Origin: Hydrurus foetidus
Taxonomy: Eukaryota
DNA: 64,000 nucleotides
Assembly (NCBI GenBank): GCA_900617105.1
Contig: UYFQ01000001.1
Span: 1,736,001 to 1,800,000 of the forward strand
Reading direction: 5' to 3'
Program-made: the position numbers and the translations under genes
Part shown: in pieces, positions 42,551 to 51,756 of the stretch
How positions within the stretch are numbered: the first letter of the stretch is position 1
Layout: the number at the start of each line of letters is the position of its first letter
Notes under the pieces: generated by a model
Databases searched by the model: none
Seen by the model: the letters and a program-made list of their open reading frames with translations, nothing else
Told to the model about the DNA's origin: nothing

Positions 42551-43324
42551 CTACTGCCGGCCAGGTGCTTCATACCCAAACGACGCCATCACGGCTTTGG
42601 CCGCGTCGCCTTGTAGGTACGCCAGTAACGCTGCTGCCGCCGGATTCAATTTGCCTTTGTTCAGCAGTACGGCGTCCTGCCGAATGGGGCTGTGCAGGTC
42701 TGCCGGCACCAGCCAGGCCGAACCGCTTTTAAGCTGGCCGTTTTCAAACACCTGCGACGCCGCCACAAAGCCCAGTTGCGCATTGCCGGTAGCCACCATG
42801 CTGAACGCCTGACCAATGCTTTCGCCGGTGACCCATTTAGGCTGCGTGGCGGCGCGCAAGCCCAAGCGCTCTAGCGTTTGCACCGCCGCCGCACCATACG
42901 GGGCCAGCAAGGGCGCGGCAATCGCCAGCCGCGTGAAATCACCGCGTCGCAGCACATCGCCCTGGCTGTCGACCGTGCCAGTTGCGGCTGACCACAGCAC
43001 CAAACGACCCACTGCATAAGTAAAGCGGCTGCCGGTAACAGCAAGGCCATCTTGCTCCAGCTTGGTGGGCGTCGTTGAATCGGCGGCCAGCAGCACATCA
43101 AACGGAGCGCCGTTGCTGATTTGCGCAAAAAACCGGCCGGTGGCACCGGTGGTCAACTGCGCTTTATGGCCAGTTGATTTTTCAAAGCCCAAGGCTATTT
43201 GCGTCATTGGCGCGATGAAATTGGCGGCTACCGCCACCCTGACTTCTGCTGCGCGCGAAGCGCTTGCCACCACCGCAAGGCAATACGCCAGCGCGACTGC
43301 CGCAAATTTAGTCAGCACTCGCAT
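42551..43324 (-). CDS. modA: Molybdate ABC transporter substrate-binding protein
   Basis: Signal peptide, VAVAANF, QISNGAPFDV, APYGAAA, HSPIRQD. Confidence 0.95.
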   Translation of the reverse strand: MRVLTKFAAVALAYCLAVVASASRAAEVRVAVAANFIAPMTQIALGFEKSTGHKAQLTTGATGRFFAQISNGAPFDVLLAADSTTPTKLEQDGLAVTGSRFTYAVGRLVLWSAATGTVDSQGDVLRRGDFTRLAIAAPLLAPYGAAAVQTLERLGLRAATQPKWVTGESIGQAFSMVATGNAQLGFVAASQVFENGQLKSGSAWLVPADLHSPIRQDAVLLNKGKLNPAAAALLAYLQGDAAKAVMASFGYEAPGRQ

Positions 43325-43365
43325 ATTGCCTGTTTTGCCGCCTGTTATGCGCCGCGCTGATTGGC

Positions 43366-43773
43366 TTACAGCCCGAGCGCCGCAATGCCAGCCCGGGCAA
43401 TTTGCGCGTCTTCGCTAGACTTCACACCGCTGACGCCCACTGCACCTAAACACTGGCCGTCTTTCATGATGGGCACGCCGCCCTCGAGCATGCCTGCAAT
43501 GGCAGGGGCGCTTAAGAACGAAGCGCGGCCGCCGTTGATCATGTCTTCATACACCTTCGACTCGCGGCGGCCCACCGCAGCCGTGTGCGCTTTGGCAGGT
43601 GCAATGTGACTAGAAACCGGCGCGGCGCCGTCGAGCCGCTGCAAATGCAGCAAATGCCCGCCGTCGTCGACGATGGCAATCGTCACGGCCCAGTTGTTTT
43701 GGGTCGCTTCAAGCTCGGCGGCTGCGGCAATGCTTTTAACTTCGGCAAATTCAAGCGTAACTTTTGATTTCAT
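43366..43773 (-). CDS. GlcG/HbpS-family heme-binding protein
   Basis: IAIVDDGGHL, KAHTA, GGVPI..GAVGVSG..EDAQIA. Confidence 0.9.
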   Translation of the reverse strand: MKSKVTLEFAEVKSIAAAAELEATQNNWAVTIAIVDDGGHLLHLQRLDGAAPVSSHIAPAKAHTAAVGRRESKVYEDMINGGRASFLSAPAIAGMLEGGVPIMKDGQCLGAVGVSGVKSSEDAQIARAGIAALGL

Positions 43774-44002
43774 GGGGCTTTTAGATTAGGTAACAAATTA
43801 ATGTCGGTTAAGAAACAGCTTTAGCATACTGAATTTTCAAAGCGCGCCTTCATTTCACTTTTATGAAAGCACGAAACTTAAACTTGGCGTTAGCTTAAAG
43901 AAACCTTACAAAAAATAGGGAGTGCGGCGGTTCTTGAAATTTTCCACTCCATCCGTAAAATACCAAGGGTCAGCATTTGCTGGGTTAACGGAGAGCATCT
44001 TC

Positions 44003-44689
44003 ATGACTGAAAACACACAAACCATTGGCTACGGCACCACGTCGCCTGCCGAGCGCAACAAAGTTTTGCGCAACACCTACTGGCTGCTGGCCCTGAGCCT
44101 GCTGCCCACAGTGCTGGGTGCCTACATCGGCGTGAGCACCGGTATCACCGCAGGCTTGACTGGCTTCATCGGCCTGATCGTCTTCATGGCCGGCGCGTTT
44201 GGTTTTATTTACGCGATTGAAAAAACCAAAAATTCAGCGCTGGGCGTTCCGGTGTTGCTGGGCTTTACGTTCTTTATGGGGCTGATGCTGTCGCGCATGC
44301 TGGCCTCGGTGCTGGGTTTTAGCAACGGCGCATCGCTGGTCATGACGGCATTTGCCGGTACGGCCGGTGTGATGGTCGTGATGGCAACGCTGGCCAGCGT
44401 GATCAAACGCGATTTGAGCGGCATGAGCAAATGGCTGTTTGCAGGCGCTTTAGTCATCATGGTGGCAGCAGTCATCAACGTGTTTGTTGGCTCCACCTTG
44501 CTCATGGCAGTCATCAGCACGCTGGCCATCGCCGTGTTCAGCGCCTATTTGCTGTATGACTTGAAGCAGGTCATTGACGGCGGCGAGACCAATTACATCA
44601 GCGCCACGTTGTCGATTTACCTCGACTTGTTCAACATCTTCCAGAGCATGTTGGCACTGCTAGGCATTTTTGGTGGTGAGCGCGACTAA
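44003..44689 (+). CDS. yccA: Bax inhibitor-1/YccA family membrane protein
   Basis: NKVLRNTYWLL, seven TM segments, GGETNYISATLSIYLDLFNIF. Confidence 0.92.
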   Translation: MTENTQTIGYGTTSPAERNKVLRNTYWLLALSLLPTVLGAYIGVSTGITAGLTGFIGLIVFMAGAFGFIYAIEKTKNSALGVPVLLGFTFFMGLMLSRMLASVLGFSNGASLVMTAFAGTAGVMVVMATLASVIKRDLSGMSKWLFAGALVIMVAAVINVFVGSTLLMAVISTLAIAVFSAYLLYDLKQVIDGGETNYISATLSIYLDLFNIFQSMLALLGIFGGERD

Positions 44690-44714
44690 GACTTCACGAT
44701 CTTTACCGTTTTAT

Positions 44715-44740
44715 AAAAAAGAGCCTTCGGGCTCTTTTTT
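44715..44740. terminator. Bidirectional terminator between yccA and rlmD
   Basis: AAAAAAGAGCC-TTCG-GGCTCTTTTTT. Confidence 0.9.
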
Positions 44741-44761
44741 AATTTTCGGCGCAGCTATCTC

Positions 44762-46237
44762 CTATGCAATCAAGTCAAACACCGCAATTGACTCCACATG
44801 CGCGGTGTGCGGAAACATGTTGACTACGCCTGCCTGCGTGCAGCGGTAGGCGCCACTGGCAACCAGCACACCAGCGTCGCGCGCCAGCGTTGCCGGGTTG
44901 CAGCTGACATACACAATCCGCTTCGGCAACGCCCAGTCGCCCAACTGCAAGCTTTGCTGATGAACGCCGTCGTCGCACGGCACGCCCGTGACGATTTGCA
45001 GGTAGAGGGTAGCCAGCGCTTTGAACAACTCAAACGCGCCTTCGCGCGGCGGATCAACCAGCCATTTTTCTGCTGCACCGTCTTTTACCAGCATGGCGGG
45101 TGTCATTTCAAACAAATTTCGCGCTATAAATTGAGTAGCTGCTCGCGCCCGTATTTGTTTATTAACAGCACTGTTTGATTCGTAATTTTCACGCGCACGG
45201 GCCACCAGCACCTCGCTTCCCTCTACGCCCAGCACGCTGCGCGCGCGCGTGCTAAGGGGCAGCGTGAAGTTGCCCAAGCCGCAAAACCAGTCAATCACGC
45301 GCTCATGGAGCTGCACGTCGAGCAATCGCAAAGCACGGGACACCAGCACCTGGTTGATATGCGGGTTGACCTGCGTGAAGTCAGTTGGCTTGAACGGCAT
45401 GACCACACCGAACTCAGGCAGCGCGTAATTTAGCTGCGGCACGTCTTCATCCAGCAGCGCCACCGTGTCTAACCCGCCCGGCTGCAGCCACCACTGCAGG
45501 CCCGGGTGCAGCGCAGCAAAGTCACGCAGACGCTCGCGGTCGGCTTCGCTCAAGTCTTGCATGTGGCGGAGCACCAGCGCAGTGATCGTGTCGCCGCAGG
45601 CCAGCTCTATTTGTGGAACGGTCTCTTTTGCGTCCAGGCTGGCAATCAATGCGCGCAGCGGCATAAGCAAGTTGCTGACATGCAGCGGCAGCACGGCGCA
45701 ACTTTTCATGTCGGTCACGTAGCTGCTTTTACGCTCGTGAAAGCCCACCAGCACTTCGCCCTTTTTACGGACAAAACGCACCGACAACCGAGCCCGGTAG
45801 CGGTAACCCCAAGCCGGGCCTTCAATCGGCCGCAACAAGTTGTCGGGTTTGAGTTTGCCAATGTGGCCAAGCGCGTCTTCAAGCACTCGCTGCTTGACGG
45901 CGACTTGCGCGCCGATGTGCAAATGCTGCATTTTGCAGCCGCCGCACGCCCCGGTATGCAGCCCATAGTAGGCGCAGCCGGGCGTAACACGCTGCGACGA
46001 TTCACGGTGAATTTGCATCACCATGGCTTTTTCAAACGACGGCTTTTTGCGGTACACATTGGCCGTGACGACCTCGTAAGGCAGCGCACCTTCAATGAAC
46101 ACCACCTTACCATCAGCGCGGTGGGCAATGCCTTGGGCGTCCATGTCGAGCGACTCGACAGTCAGCAAATCTGGCCCATGTGCGGCGTTGGCGAGCGCAG
46201 CGCTGGCAAGTTCGGGCGGGGGCTCGGGTCGGGACAT
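44762..46237 (-). CDS. rlmD: 23S rRNA (uracil-1939-C5)-methyltransferase
   Basis: TRAM domain, [50 protein letters not shown]. Confidence 0.93.
   Translation of the reverse strand: MSRPEPPPELASAALANAAHGPDLLTVESLDMDAQGIAHRADGKVVFIEGALPYEVVTANVYRKKPSFEKAMVMQIHRESSQRVTPGCAYYGLHTGACGGCKMQHLHIGAQVAVKQRVLEDALGHIGKLKPDNLLRPIEGPAWGYRYRARLSVRFVRKKGEVLVGFHERKSSYVTDMKSCAVLPLHVSNLLMPLRALIASLDAKETVPQIELACGDTITALVLRHMQDLSEADRERLRDFAALHPGLQWWLQPGGLDTVALLDEDVPQLNYALPEFGVVMPFKPTDFTQVNPHINQVLVSRALRLLDVQLHERVIDWFCGLGNFTLPLSTRARSVLGVEGSEVLVARARENYESNSAVNKQIRARAATQFIARNLFEMTPAMLVKDGAAEKWLVDPPREGAFELFKALATLYLQIVTGVPCDDGVHQQSLQLGDWALPKRIVYVSCNPATLARDAGVLVASGAYRCTQAGVVNMFPHTAHVESIAVFDLIA
45123..45170 (+). repeat. 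48-bp motif copy 13 (inside rlmD, encodes [16 protein letters not shown])
   Basis: GCTAT-aaattga-GTAGC-TGCTCGCGCCCG-tatttgt-TTATTAACAGCA. Confidence 0.88.
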
Positions 46238-46253
46238 GTGGGTCAATCAGTAT

Positions 46254-46301
46254 GCTATGCAATCAGAAGCTGCTCGCGCCCATATTTAGTGGATAAAACA
46301 G
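46254..46301 (+). repeat. 48-bp motif copy 14 (intergenic, just upstream of rlmD)
   Basis: GCTAT-gcaatca-GAAGC-TGCTCGCGCCCA-tatttag-TGGATAAAACAG, then phased A-tracts to 46340. Confidence 0.82.
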
Positions 46302-46348
46302 CTTTTTTGTTTGTAAAACAGCTTTAAAACTGCCTCAAAATAGCGATG

Positions 46349-46376
46349 AAAAAGCCCCAGCGCGTGGGGCTTTTTT
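46349..46376 (-). terminator. Intrinsic terminator after nlpD
   Basis: AAAAAGCCCCA-gcgcg-TGGGGCTTTTTT. Confidence 0.85.
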
Positions 46377-46393
46377 ACCGGCGGCATCTCACC

Positions 46394-47323
46394 TTATTTG
46401 GCTGGCAAGTACCTGGCCGGGTCAACAGGTTTGCCTTGGCGCCTGATTTCAAAATGCAGCTTGACCCGGTCAGCATCGCTGTTGCCCATTTCAGCAATTT
46501 TTTGACCTTTTTTAACCGACTGGTCTTCTTTGACCAGCAGGGTCTGGTTGTGCGCATACGCGGTTAAAAACGTGTTGTTGTGCTTCAAAATAATCAGGTT
46601 GCCGTAGCCGCGCAGGCCAGCGCCGGAATACACCACGCGGCCATCGGCCGACGCTACAACTGCATCGCCGGCCTTGCCTGCAATGTCATAGCCCTTGTTT
46701 TTGGCTTCGTCAAAGCCGGCAATCAAGCTGCCTTGTGCGGGCCAGATCCAGGCGATGTCGTCTTCGCCCGCCGAGGCGGCTGGCGCCGGGCCCGGTACAG
46801 CAACTGCAGTGGTCGCGGTGGTGCCAACGGGGGCAGAACCCGGGCGCGCAGGCGCAGCCGCTGTGGTGGTGGTAGCCGTGCCTGAAGCCACTGGCCGGGT
46901 CACCACGCCAATGTCGGCCAGCGGCGGCACAACGCGCAGCACCTGGCCCACTTCAATCAGGTTCGGGTTTTCAAGGTTGTTCCAGCGCACGATATCGCGA
47001 AAATTTTGCCCCGTGTCCAGCCCAATGCGTATCAGCGTGTCGCCGGGTTTAACCGTGTAGTAACCGGCCTTGCCAGCGTTCTCGTACCCAGGCAATTGCT
47101 TGGGGTCGACCGCGGCTGGCACAGCGGGCGCGGTGCTGGCTGGGCGAGCCGAGCTGGTGCCGCGCTCTTCCACCGGTGCGTTGGTGAGGGCGCGTGAGCC
47201 GCAGCCCGCTGCCAGCAGCACGCTGATCATTAAAAGGCTTGAGCCAGCCAGGCGGCGGGCGCGCAGGCTGAGTGTGGATGGCGCGACTTGAAGGGTGTAA
47301 TGCATGGTGTCCTTTGTCGTCAT
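46394..47323 (-). CDS. nlpD: LysM/M23 lipoprotein NlpD
   Basis: Lipobox LAAGC, LysM YTVKPGDTL, M23 domain GYGNLIILKH..YAHN..LHFEIR; after surE-pcm. Start uncertain. Confidence 0.92.
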   Translation of the reverse strand: MTTKDTMHYTLQVAPSTLSLRARRLAGSSLLMISVLLAAGCGSRALTNAPVEERGTSSARPASTAPAVPAAVDPKQLPGYENAGKAGYYTVKPGDTLIRIGLDTGQNFRDIVRWNNLENPNLIEVGQVLRVVPPLADIGVVTRPVASGTATTTTAAAPARPGSAPVGTTATTAVAVPGPAPAASAGEDDIAWIWPAQGSLIAGFDEAKNKGYDIAGKAGDAVVASADGRVVYSGAGLRGYGNLIILKHNNTFLTAYAHNQTLLVKEDQSVKKGQKIAEMGNSDADRVKLHFEIRRQGKPVDPARYLPAK

Positions 47324-47330
47324 TGTGTAG

Positions 47331-48188
47331 CTAATTCGTTCCTGATTTTAAAGGCACAAAGTGAACGGCCTCCAGCACAGTGTGTGTAACGCCCTGAGCG
47401 GTCTTGTCGACCACCACCAGCGCTTGGCTGCCGTTGGCGTTTTGCACTGGCGCTACCAAGCGCCCACCTACGGCCAACTGGTCTATCCACGCTGGCGGCA
47501 GGGCGTCGCCACCCGCCGCCGCAATAATCGCGGCATACGGCGCGCCTTTGGGGTAGCCGGGCATGCCGTCGCCAAAAATCAGGTGCAAATTGGCCACCCG
47601 CAGCGGCCGCAAGTTGTCGCGCGCTTTGTCGTGCAGGCCGCGCAGCCGCTCAATGCTGTAAACCTCGGTGGCCAGCTGGGCTAAAAGCGCCGCCTGGTAG
47701 CCGCAGCCGGTGCCAATTTCAAGCACGCGGCCCAGCTTGCCCAAGCGCCCTTCCACCAGCAGCTCGAGCATGCGGGCCACCACGTTGGGCTTGCTGATGG
47801 TTTGCCCCAAACCGATCGGCAGGCTGGTGTCTTCGTAAGCCTGGTTGACCAGCGCGCTGTCAACAAAGCGGTGGCGCTCAACCTGGCCCACGGCGGCCAG
47901 TACGCGTGAATCAGCCAGGCCTTGTGCTTTGAGTTTTTGCACCATGCGGGCGCGCACAGCTAAAAAGTTCAGCCCTGCGCTCTGCGCGATAGGGGTGTGT
48001 TTGATGATTGTTTTTGCAGCAGAAGATGGCTGAACCGGCGCTGGGGGCTCTGTTTTGATGCTTTTTAGGGCTGTAGCGCTTATTTCTTGGGCGCGAGCAG
48101 CTACTTTTTTAGTAGCAAATGCAACGCCAGCAGTAGCCTTCAATTGCACCGGAAACCCCGGTCTGCGCGGGCTGGAGGGCAGCGTCAT
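47331..48188 (-). CDS. pcm: Protein-L-isoaspartate O-methyltransferase (with N-terminal extension)
   Basis: RHRFV, AYEDTSLPIGLGQTISKP, VLEIGTGCGYQAA, GGRLVAP, FVPL. Confidence 0.95.
   Translation of the reverse strand: MTLPSSPRRPGFPVQLKATAGVAFATKKVAARAQEISATALKSIKTEPPAPVQPSSAAKTIIKHTPIAQSAGLNFLAVRARMVQKLKAQGLADSRVLAAVGQVERHRFVDSALVNQAYEDTSLPIGLGQTISKPNVVARMLELLVEGRLGKLGRVLEIGTGCGYQAALLAQLATEVYSIERLRGLHDKARDNLRPLRVANLHLIFGDGMPGYPKGAPYAAIIAAAGGDALPPAWIDQLAVGGRLVAPVQNANGSQALVVVDKTAQGVTHTVLEAVHFVPLKSGTN
48069..48116 (-). repeat. 48-bp motif copy 15 (inside pcm N-terminal extension, encodes ATKKVAARAQEISATA)
   Basis: Minus strand GCTAC-taaaaaa-GTAGC-TGCTCGCGCCCA-agaaata-AGCGCTACAGCC. Confidence 0.9.
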
Positions 48189-48197
48189 CGCTTCAGC

Positions 48198-48986
48198 TTA
48201 CGGCGCAGGCTGCTCAAGCGCTGCGATGGTGTCCATCCAGTGCGGCAAACCTGAATGGTCGGTCAAGTCCACATGCAGCGGCGTGATGCAAATATGCCCC
48301 TGCTTGGCGGCATTAAAGTCGGTGCCTTCGCCTTCGTCTTTGGCTGGCCCCGCGCCGCCAATCCAGTACATGACCTCGCCGCGCGGGCTGGTTTGGGTGA
48401 TGACTTTTTCAGCCGAATGGCGGCGGCCCAAGCGCACTACTTTTGTGCTTTTAATGTCGGCGTCTGGCAGGTTGGGAATATTGACGTTGAGCAGCCACGG
48501 CGCAAGCTTGGGCGCAGCACCTGCGGTCACCACTTCCAGCATGGGCGCGAGTTGCAACACCAGTTGCCGAGCGCGCTGGGCCGCTACATCAATATGTGCC
48601 CAGCCTTTTTCAGTTTGTGAAAATGCAATCGCCGGAATGCCGAACAAAAACCCTTCCATTGCCGCGCCCACGGTGCCCGAGTAAATCGTGTCGTCACCCA
48701 TATTGGCGCCGTTGTTGATGCCTGACACCACCAAATCGGGCCGGTAACCCAGCAGGCCAGTTAGCGCAATGTGTACGCAGTCAGCCGGCGTGCCGTTGAT
48801 GTAACGAAACCCGTTGGCGGCCGTTTGCAAATACATCGGCGTGTGCAGTGTCAATGCATTAGATTTGGCGCTGTTGTTTTGCTCTGGCGCCACCACCTCG
48901 ACCTCAGCGATGTCTTTTAAGGCTTCGTACAAAGCCACAATGCCGGTGGCTTGGTAGCCGTCGTCGTTACATATCAAAATTTTCAT
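48198..48986 (-). CDS. surE: 5'/3'-nucleotidase SurE
   Basis: ILICNDDG, GTPADCV, SGINNGANMG..YSGTVGAA, NVNIP. Confidence 0.97.
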   Translation of the reverse strand: MKILICNDDGYQATGIVALYEALKDIAEVEVVAPEQNNSAKSNALTLHTPMYLQTAANGFRYINGTPADCVHIALTGLLGYRPDLVVSGINNGANMGDDTIYSGTVGAAMEGFLFGIPAIAFSQTEKGWAHIDVAAQRARQLVLQLAPMLEVVTAGAAPKLAPWLLNVNIPNLPDADIKSTKVVRLGRRHSAEKVITQTSPRGEVMYWIGGAGPAKDEGEGTDFNAAKQGHICITPLHVDLTDHSGLPHWMDTIAALEQPAP

Positions 48987-49091
48987 GATTTCATTTTAGG
49001 TCACAGGTGTGACAAGGCAGTTTTATTTGCAACTTATTTCCGCATTAAGCTGCCTATTATGAATAACCCAATTTTTTGAACGGAGCACCTC

Positions 49092-50066
49092 ATGCACGCT
49101 TGGCTTTGCACCAACCCAACGGGCGTCGACGCCTTGACCTGGCAAGAACTCCCCACCCCCGCACCAAAAGCAGGCGAAGTGCTGATCGCCATCAAGGCCG
49201 CATCGCTGAATTTCCCAGACCTGCTGATTGTTCAAAACAAGTACCAAATGAAGCCGCCGCTGCCTTTTGTGCCGGGTTCTGAATACGCCGGCGTGATTGA
49301 AGCCGTGGGCGAAGGTGTTAAGCATTTAGCGGTGGGCCAGCACGTGGCGTGCTTATCAGGCACCGGCGGCTTTGCTACGCACACAATAGCCCCTGCCGCC
49401 CTGTGTATGCCGCTGCCGGCTGGTTTCCCGTTTGTCGACGCCGCCGCTTTCATCATGATTTACGCCACCTCGCACCATGCGCTGATAGACCGCGCGCAAC
49501 TAAAGGGGGGCGAAACCGTACTGGTACTGGGCGCTGCAGGCGGCGTGGGCACGGCTGCGATTCAAATTGCAAAAATTGCAGGTGCGCGCGTGATTGCCGC
49601 TGCATCCACCGACGAAAAATGCGCGCTGTGTAAATCGATTGGCGCTGACGACACCATCAACTACACCACTGAAAACCTGCGCGAGCGAATCAAAGAGCTT
49701 ACCGGCGGCAAAGGTCCAGACGTGATTTACGACCCGGTAGGCGGTGACATGAGCGAGCAGGCTTTTCGCTCAATTGCCTGGCGCGGCCGGCACTTAGTGG
49801 TGGGTTTTGCGTCAGGCCCCACGCCGTCGCTGCCGCTTAATTTGCCGCTGCTAAAAGGCGCGTCAATCGTCGGTGTATTTTGGGGCGGCTTTGCTAAGGC
49901 CGAACCCAAAGCCAATGCCGCCATGATGGCTGAGCTGGCCAGCTGGTACGCAGCGGGCAAGATCAAACCTGTCATCGACAGCACCATGCCGATGGCCGAA
50001 CTCAAAGCCGCGTATGCCCACATGGGCTCGCGCGGGGTGAAGGGCAAGTTGGTGATGGTGAATTGA
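49092..50066 (+). CDS. NADPH:quinone oxidoreductase (zeta-crystallin/MDR family)
   Basis: LNFPD, PFVPGSE, LVLGAAGGVG, YDPVGG, VGFASG. Confidence 0.9.
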   Translation: MHAWLCTNPTGVDALTWQELPTPAPKAGEVLIAIKAASLNFPDLLIVQNKYQMKPPLPFVPGSEYAGVIEAVGEGVKHLAVGQHVACLSGTGGFATHTIAPAALCMPLPAGFPFVDAAAFIMIYATSHHALIDRAQLKGGETVLVLGAAGGVGTAAIQIAKIAGARVIAAASTDEKCALCKSIGADDTINYTTENLRERIKELTGGKGPDVIYDPVGGDMSEQAFRSIAWRGRHLVVGFASGPTPSLPLNLPLLKGASIVGVFWGGFAKAEPKANAAMMAELASWYAAGKIKPVIDSTMPMAELKAAYAHMGSRGVKGKLVMVN

Positions 50067-50138
50067 CACGTCACCCAAAGCGATTGAGTCCGCAGCGATC
50101 AAATAGCCGAAAAGCAGGCTATTTTTAGCACTGAAATT

Positions 50139-50186
50139 GTCTGTAGCCCAATAAATACAGGCACGAGAAGCTCCTAACTATATAGC
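50139..50186 (-). repeat. 48-bp motif copy 16 (intergenic, between convergent genes)
   Basis: Plus strand GTCTGTAGCCCA-ataaata-CAGGCACGAGAA-GCTCC-taactat-ATAGC. Confidence 0.82.
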
Positions 50187-50190
50187 AGCT

Positions 50191-51270
50191 TTACTCGCTC
50201 AACGCCCAATCAATATGCTCAGCCACCAGCGCAGTGACGTGTGGGCGCTGCGCGGTAAGCGCGCTTCGAATGCCGGCATCTATCCCCGCCCTGAGTGCAT
50301 TGCCCATTGCCACCGCTATGTTGCGCTGCCAGCGCTCGTAGCCGATTCGCCTGATAGCACTGCCTTCTGTATATTTCAAAAACTCGGCTTCGGTCCAAGC
50401 AAACAGGGTGACCAATTGCTGACCCGTTAAACCGGCGCGTTCATCAAAATCGGGCAGTGCGCTGCGCTGGGCGTATTTGTTCCACGGGCAAGCCAGCTGG
50501 CAGTCGTCGCAGCCGTAAATGCGGTTGCCGATCAATGGCCGCAGTTCTAGCGGAATGGGTCCGGCGTGTTCAATCGTTAAATACGAAATGCAGCGCCGCG
50601 CATCCAGCGTGTGCGGCGCAATGATGGCCTGTGTGGGGCACACGTCAATGCAGGCGCTGCAAGTGCCGCAGTGGGCGGGCACGGCTTGGGTAGGCGGCAA
50701 GGCAATGTCTACGTATATTTCGCCTAAAAAAAACATCGAACCTGCTTCGCGGTTCAGCACCAGCGTGTGTTTGCCGCGCCAGCCTTGACCGCTGCGTACC
50801 GCCAGCTCTGCCTCCAGTACCGGCGCTGAATCAGTAAACGCGCGGTGGCCGAGCGCACCGACATGCACGACAATTTTTTCACTCAGTTTTTGCAAACGGT
50901 TGCGCATGACCTTGTGATAGTCCCGGCCACGCGCATAGCTTGAAACCACCGCTTCTTGCGGTCGTGCCAGGCGGCTGAATTCCACCGCCTGCCAGTCGCT
51001 GGGCGTGGCTCGCGGCAAGTAGTCCATTCGTGCGGTGATCACACTGACTGTGCCCGGTACAAGCTCGGCTGGCCGGGCTCGTTTGAGCCCGTGCTTGGCC
51101 ATGTAGTGCATGTCGCCATGAAAACCGGCCGCCAACCACGCCGATAATCCGGGTTCGGCCGATGACAGATCAACACCGGTCACCCCGATTTGCGAGAATC
51201 CCAACTCAAGCGCCCACCCACTTAGGTGCGCCATCAAGGAATCCCCAGCCGAATGAATGTTTTGTTGCAC
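50191..51270 (-). CDS. queG: Epoxyqueuosine reductase
   Basis: YARGRDYH, DSAPVLE, CGTCSACIDVCPT, RCISYLTIE, YGCDDCQLACPWN. Start is GTG 51270 or ATG 51234. Confidence 0.96.
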   Translation of the reverse strand: MQQNIHSAGDSLMAHLSGWALELGFSQIGVTGVDLSSAEPGLSAWLAAGFHGDMHYMAKHGLKRARPAELVPGTVSVITARMDYLPRATPSDWQAVEFSRLARPQEAVVSSYARGRDYHKVMRNRLQKLSEKIVVHVGALGHRAFTDSAPVLEAELAVRSGQGWRGKHTLVLNREAGSMFFLGEIYVDIALPPTQAVPAHCGTCSACIDVCPTQAIIAPHTLDARRCISYLTIEHAGPIPLELRPLIGNRIYGCDDCQLACPWNKYAQRSALPDFDERAGLTGQQLVTLFAWTEAEFLKYTEGSAIRRIGYERWQRNIAVAMGNALRAGIDAGIRSALTAQRPHVTALVAEHIDWALSE

Positions 51271-51756
51271 CCGCCGATTGTAAAAAAGATTGTTTGGCCA
51301 GACGAAGCCGCCACTCATGCCTTTGCGCAGGCCTTGGCTGCCCGCCCGGCTGTGGCAAACGCCCTGATTGAATTGCGAGGCGACTTGGGTGCCGGTAAAA
51401 CCACGTTTGCCCGCTACTTGCTGGCAGCGCTGGGCGTTACGGGTCGCATTAAAAGCCCGACTTACGCGGTTGTTGAGTCGTACACACTGCAAGCAGCAGA
51501 GCAGCCGCGCTTTGCGGACGGCCTGAACATTTGCCATTTTGATTTTTACCGCTTTAACGACCCCCGCGAATGGGAAGAAGCTGGATTTAGAGACGCGTTT
51601 GCCAGCCCCGGCTTGAAGCTGGTGGAGTGGGCAGAAAAAGCGGGCGAGTATTTACCGCCCCGCGATTTAATTGTGTCAATTGATATGCTGCCAGATGAGA
51701 CGCGGGCAGTTGAAATTACGGCCTTGACAGCGCTGGGCGCGGAGTTACTGGCATGA
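51253..51756 (+). CDS. tsaE: tRNA t6A biosynthesis ATPase TsaE
   Basis: GDLGAGKTT, KSPTY, HFDFYRF, LVEW. Confidence 0.96.
   Translation: MNVLLHPPIVKKIVWPDEAATHAFAQALAARPAVANALIELRGDLGAGKTTFARYLLAALGVTGRIKSPTYAVVESYTLQAAEQPRFADGLNICHFDFYRFNDPREWEEAGFRDAFASPGLKLVEWAEKAGEYLPPRDLIVSIDMLPDETRAVEITALTALGAELLA

Noticed and set aside
43933..43960. Sigma-32-like promoter upstream of yccA (CTTGAA...)
   Set aside because: The -10 element does not match CCCCAT well enough to call.
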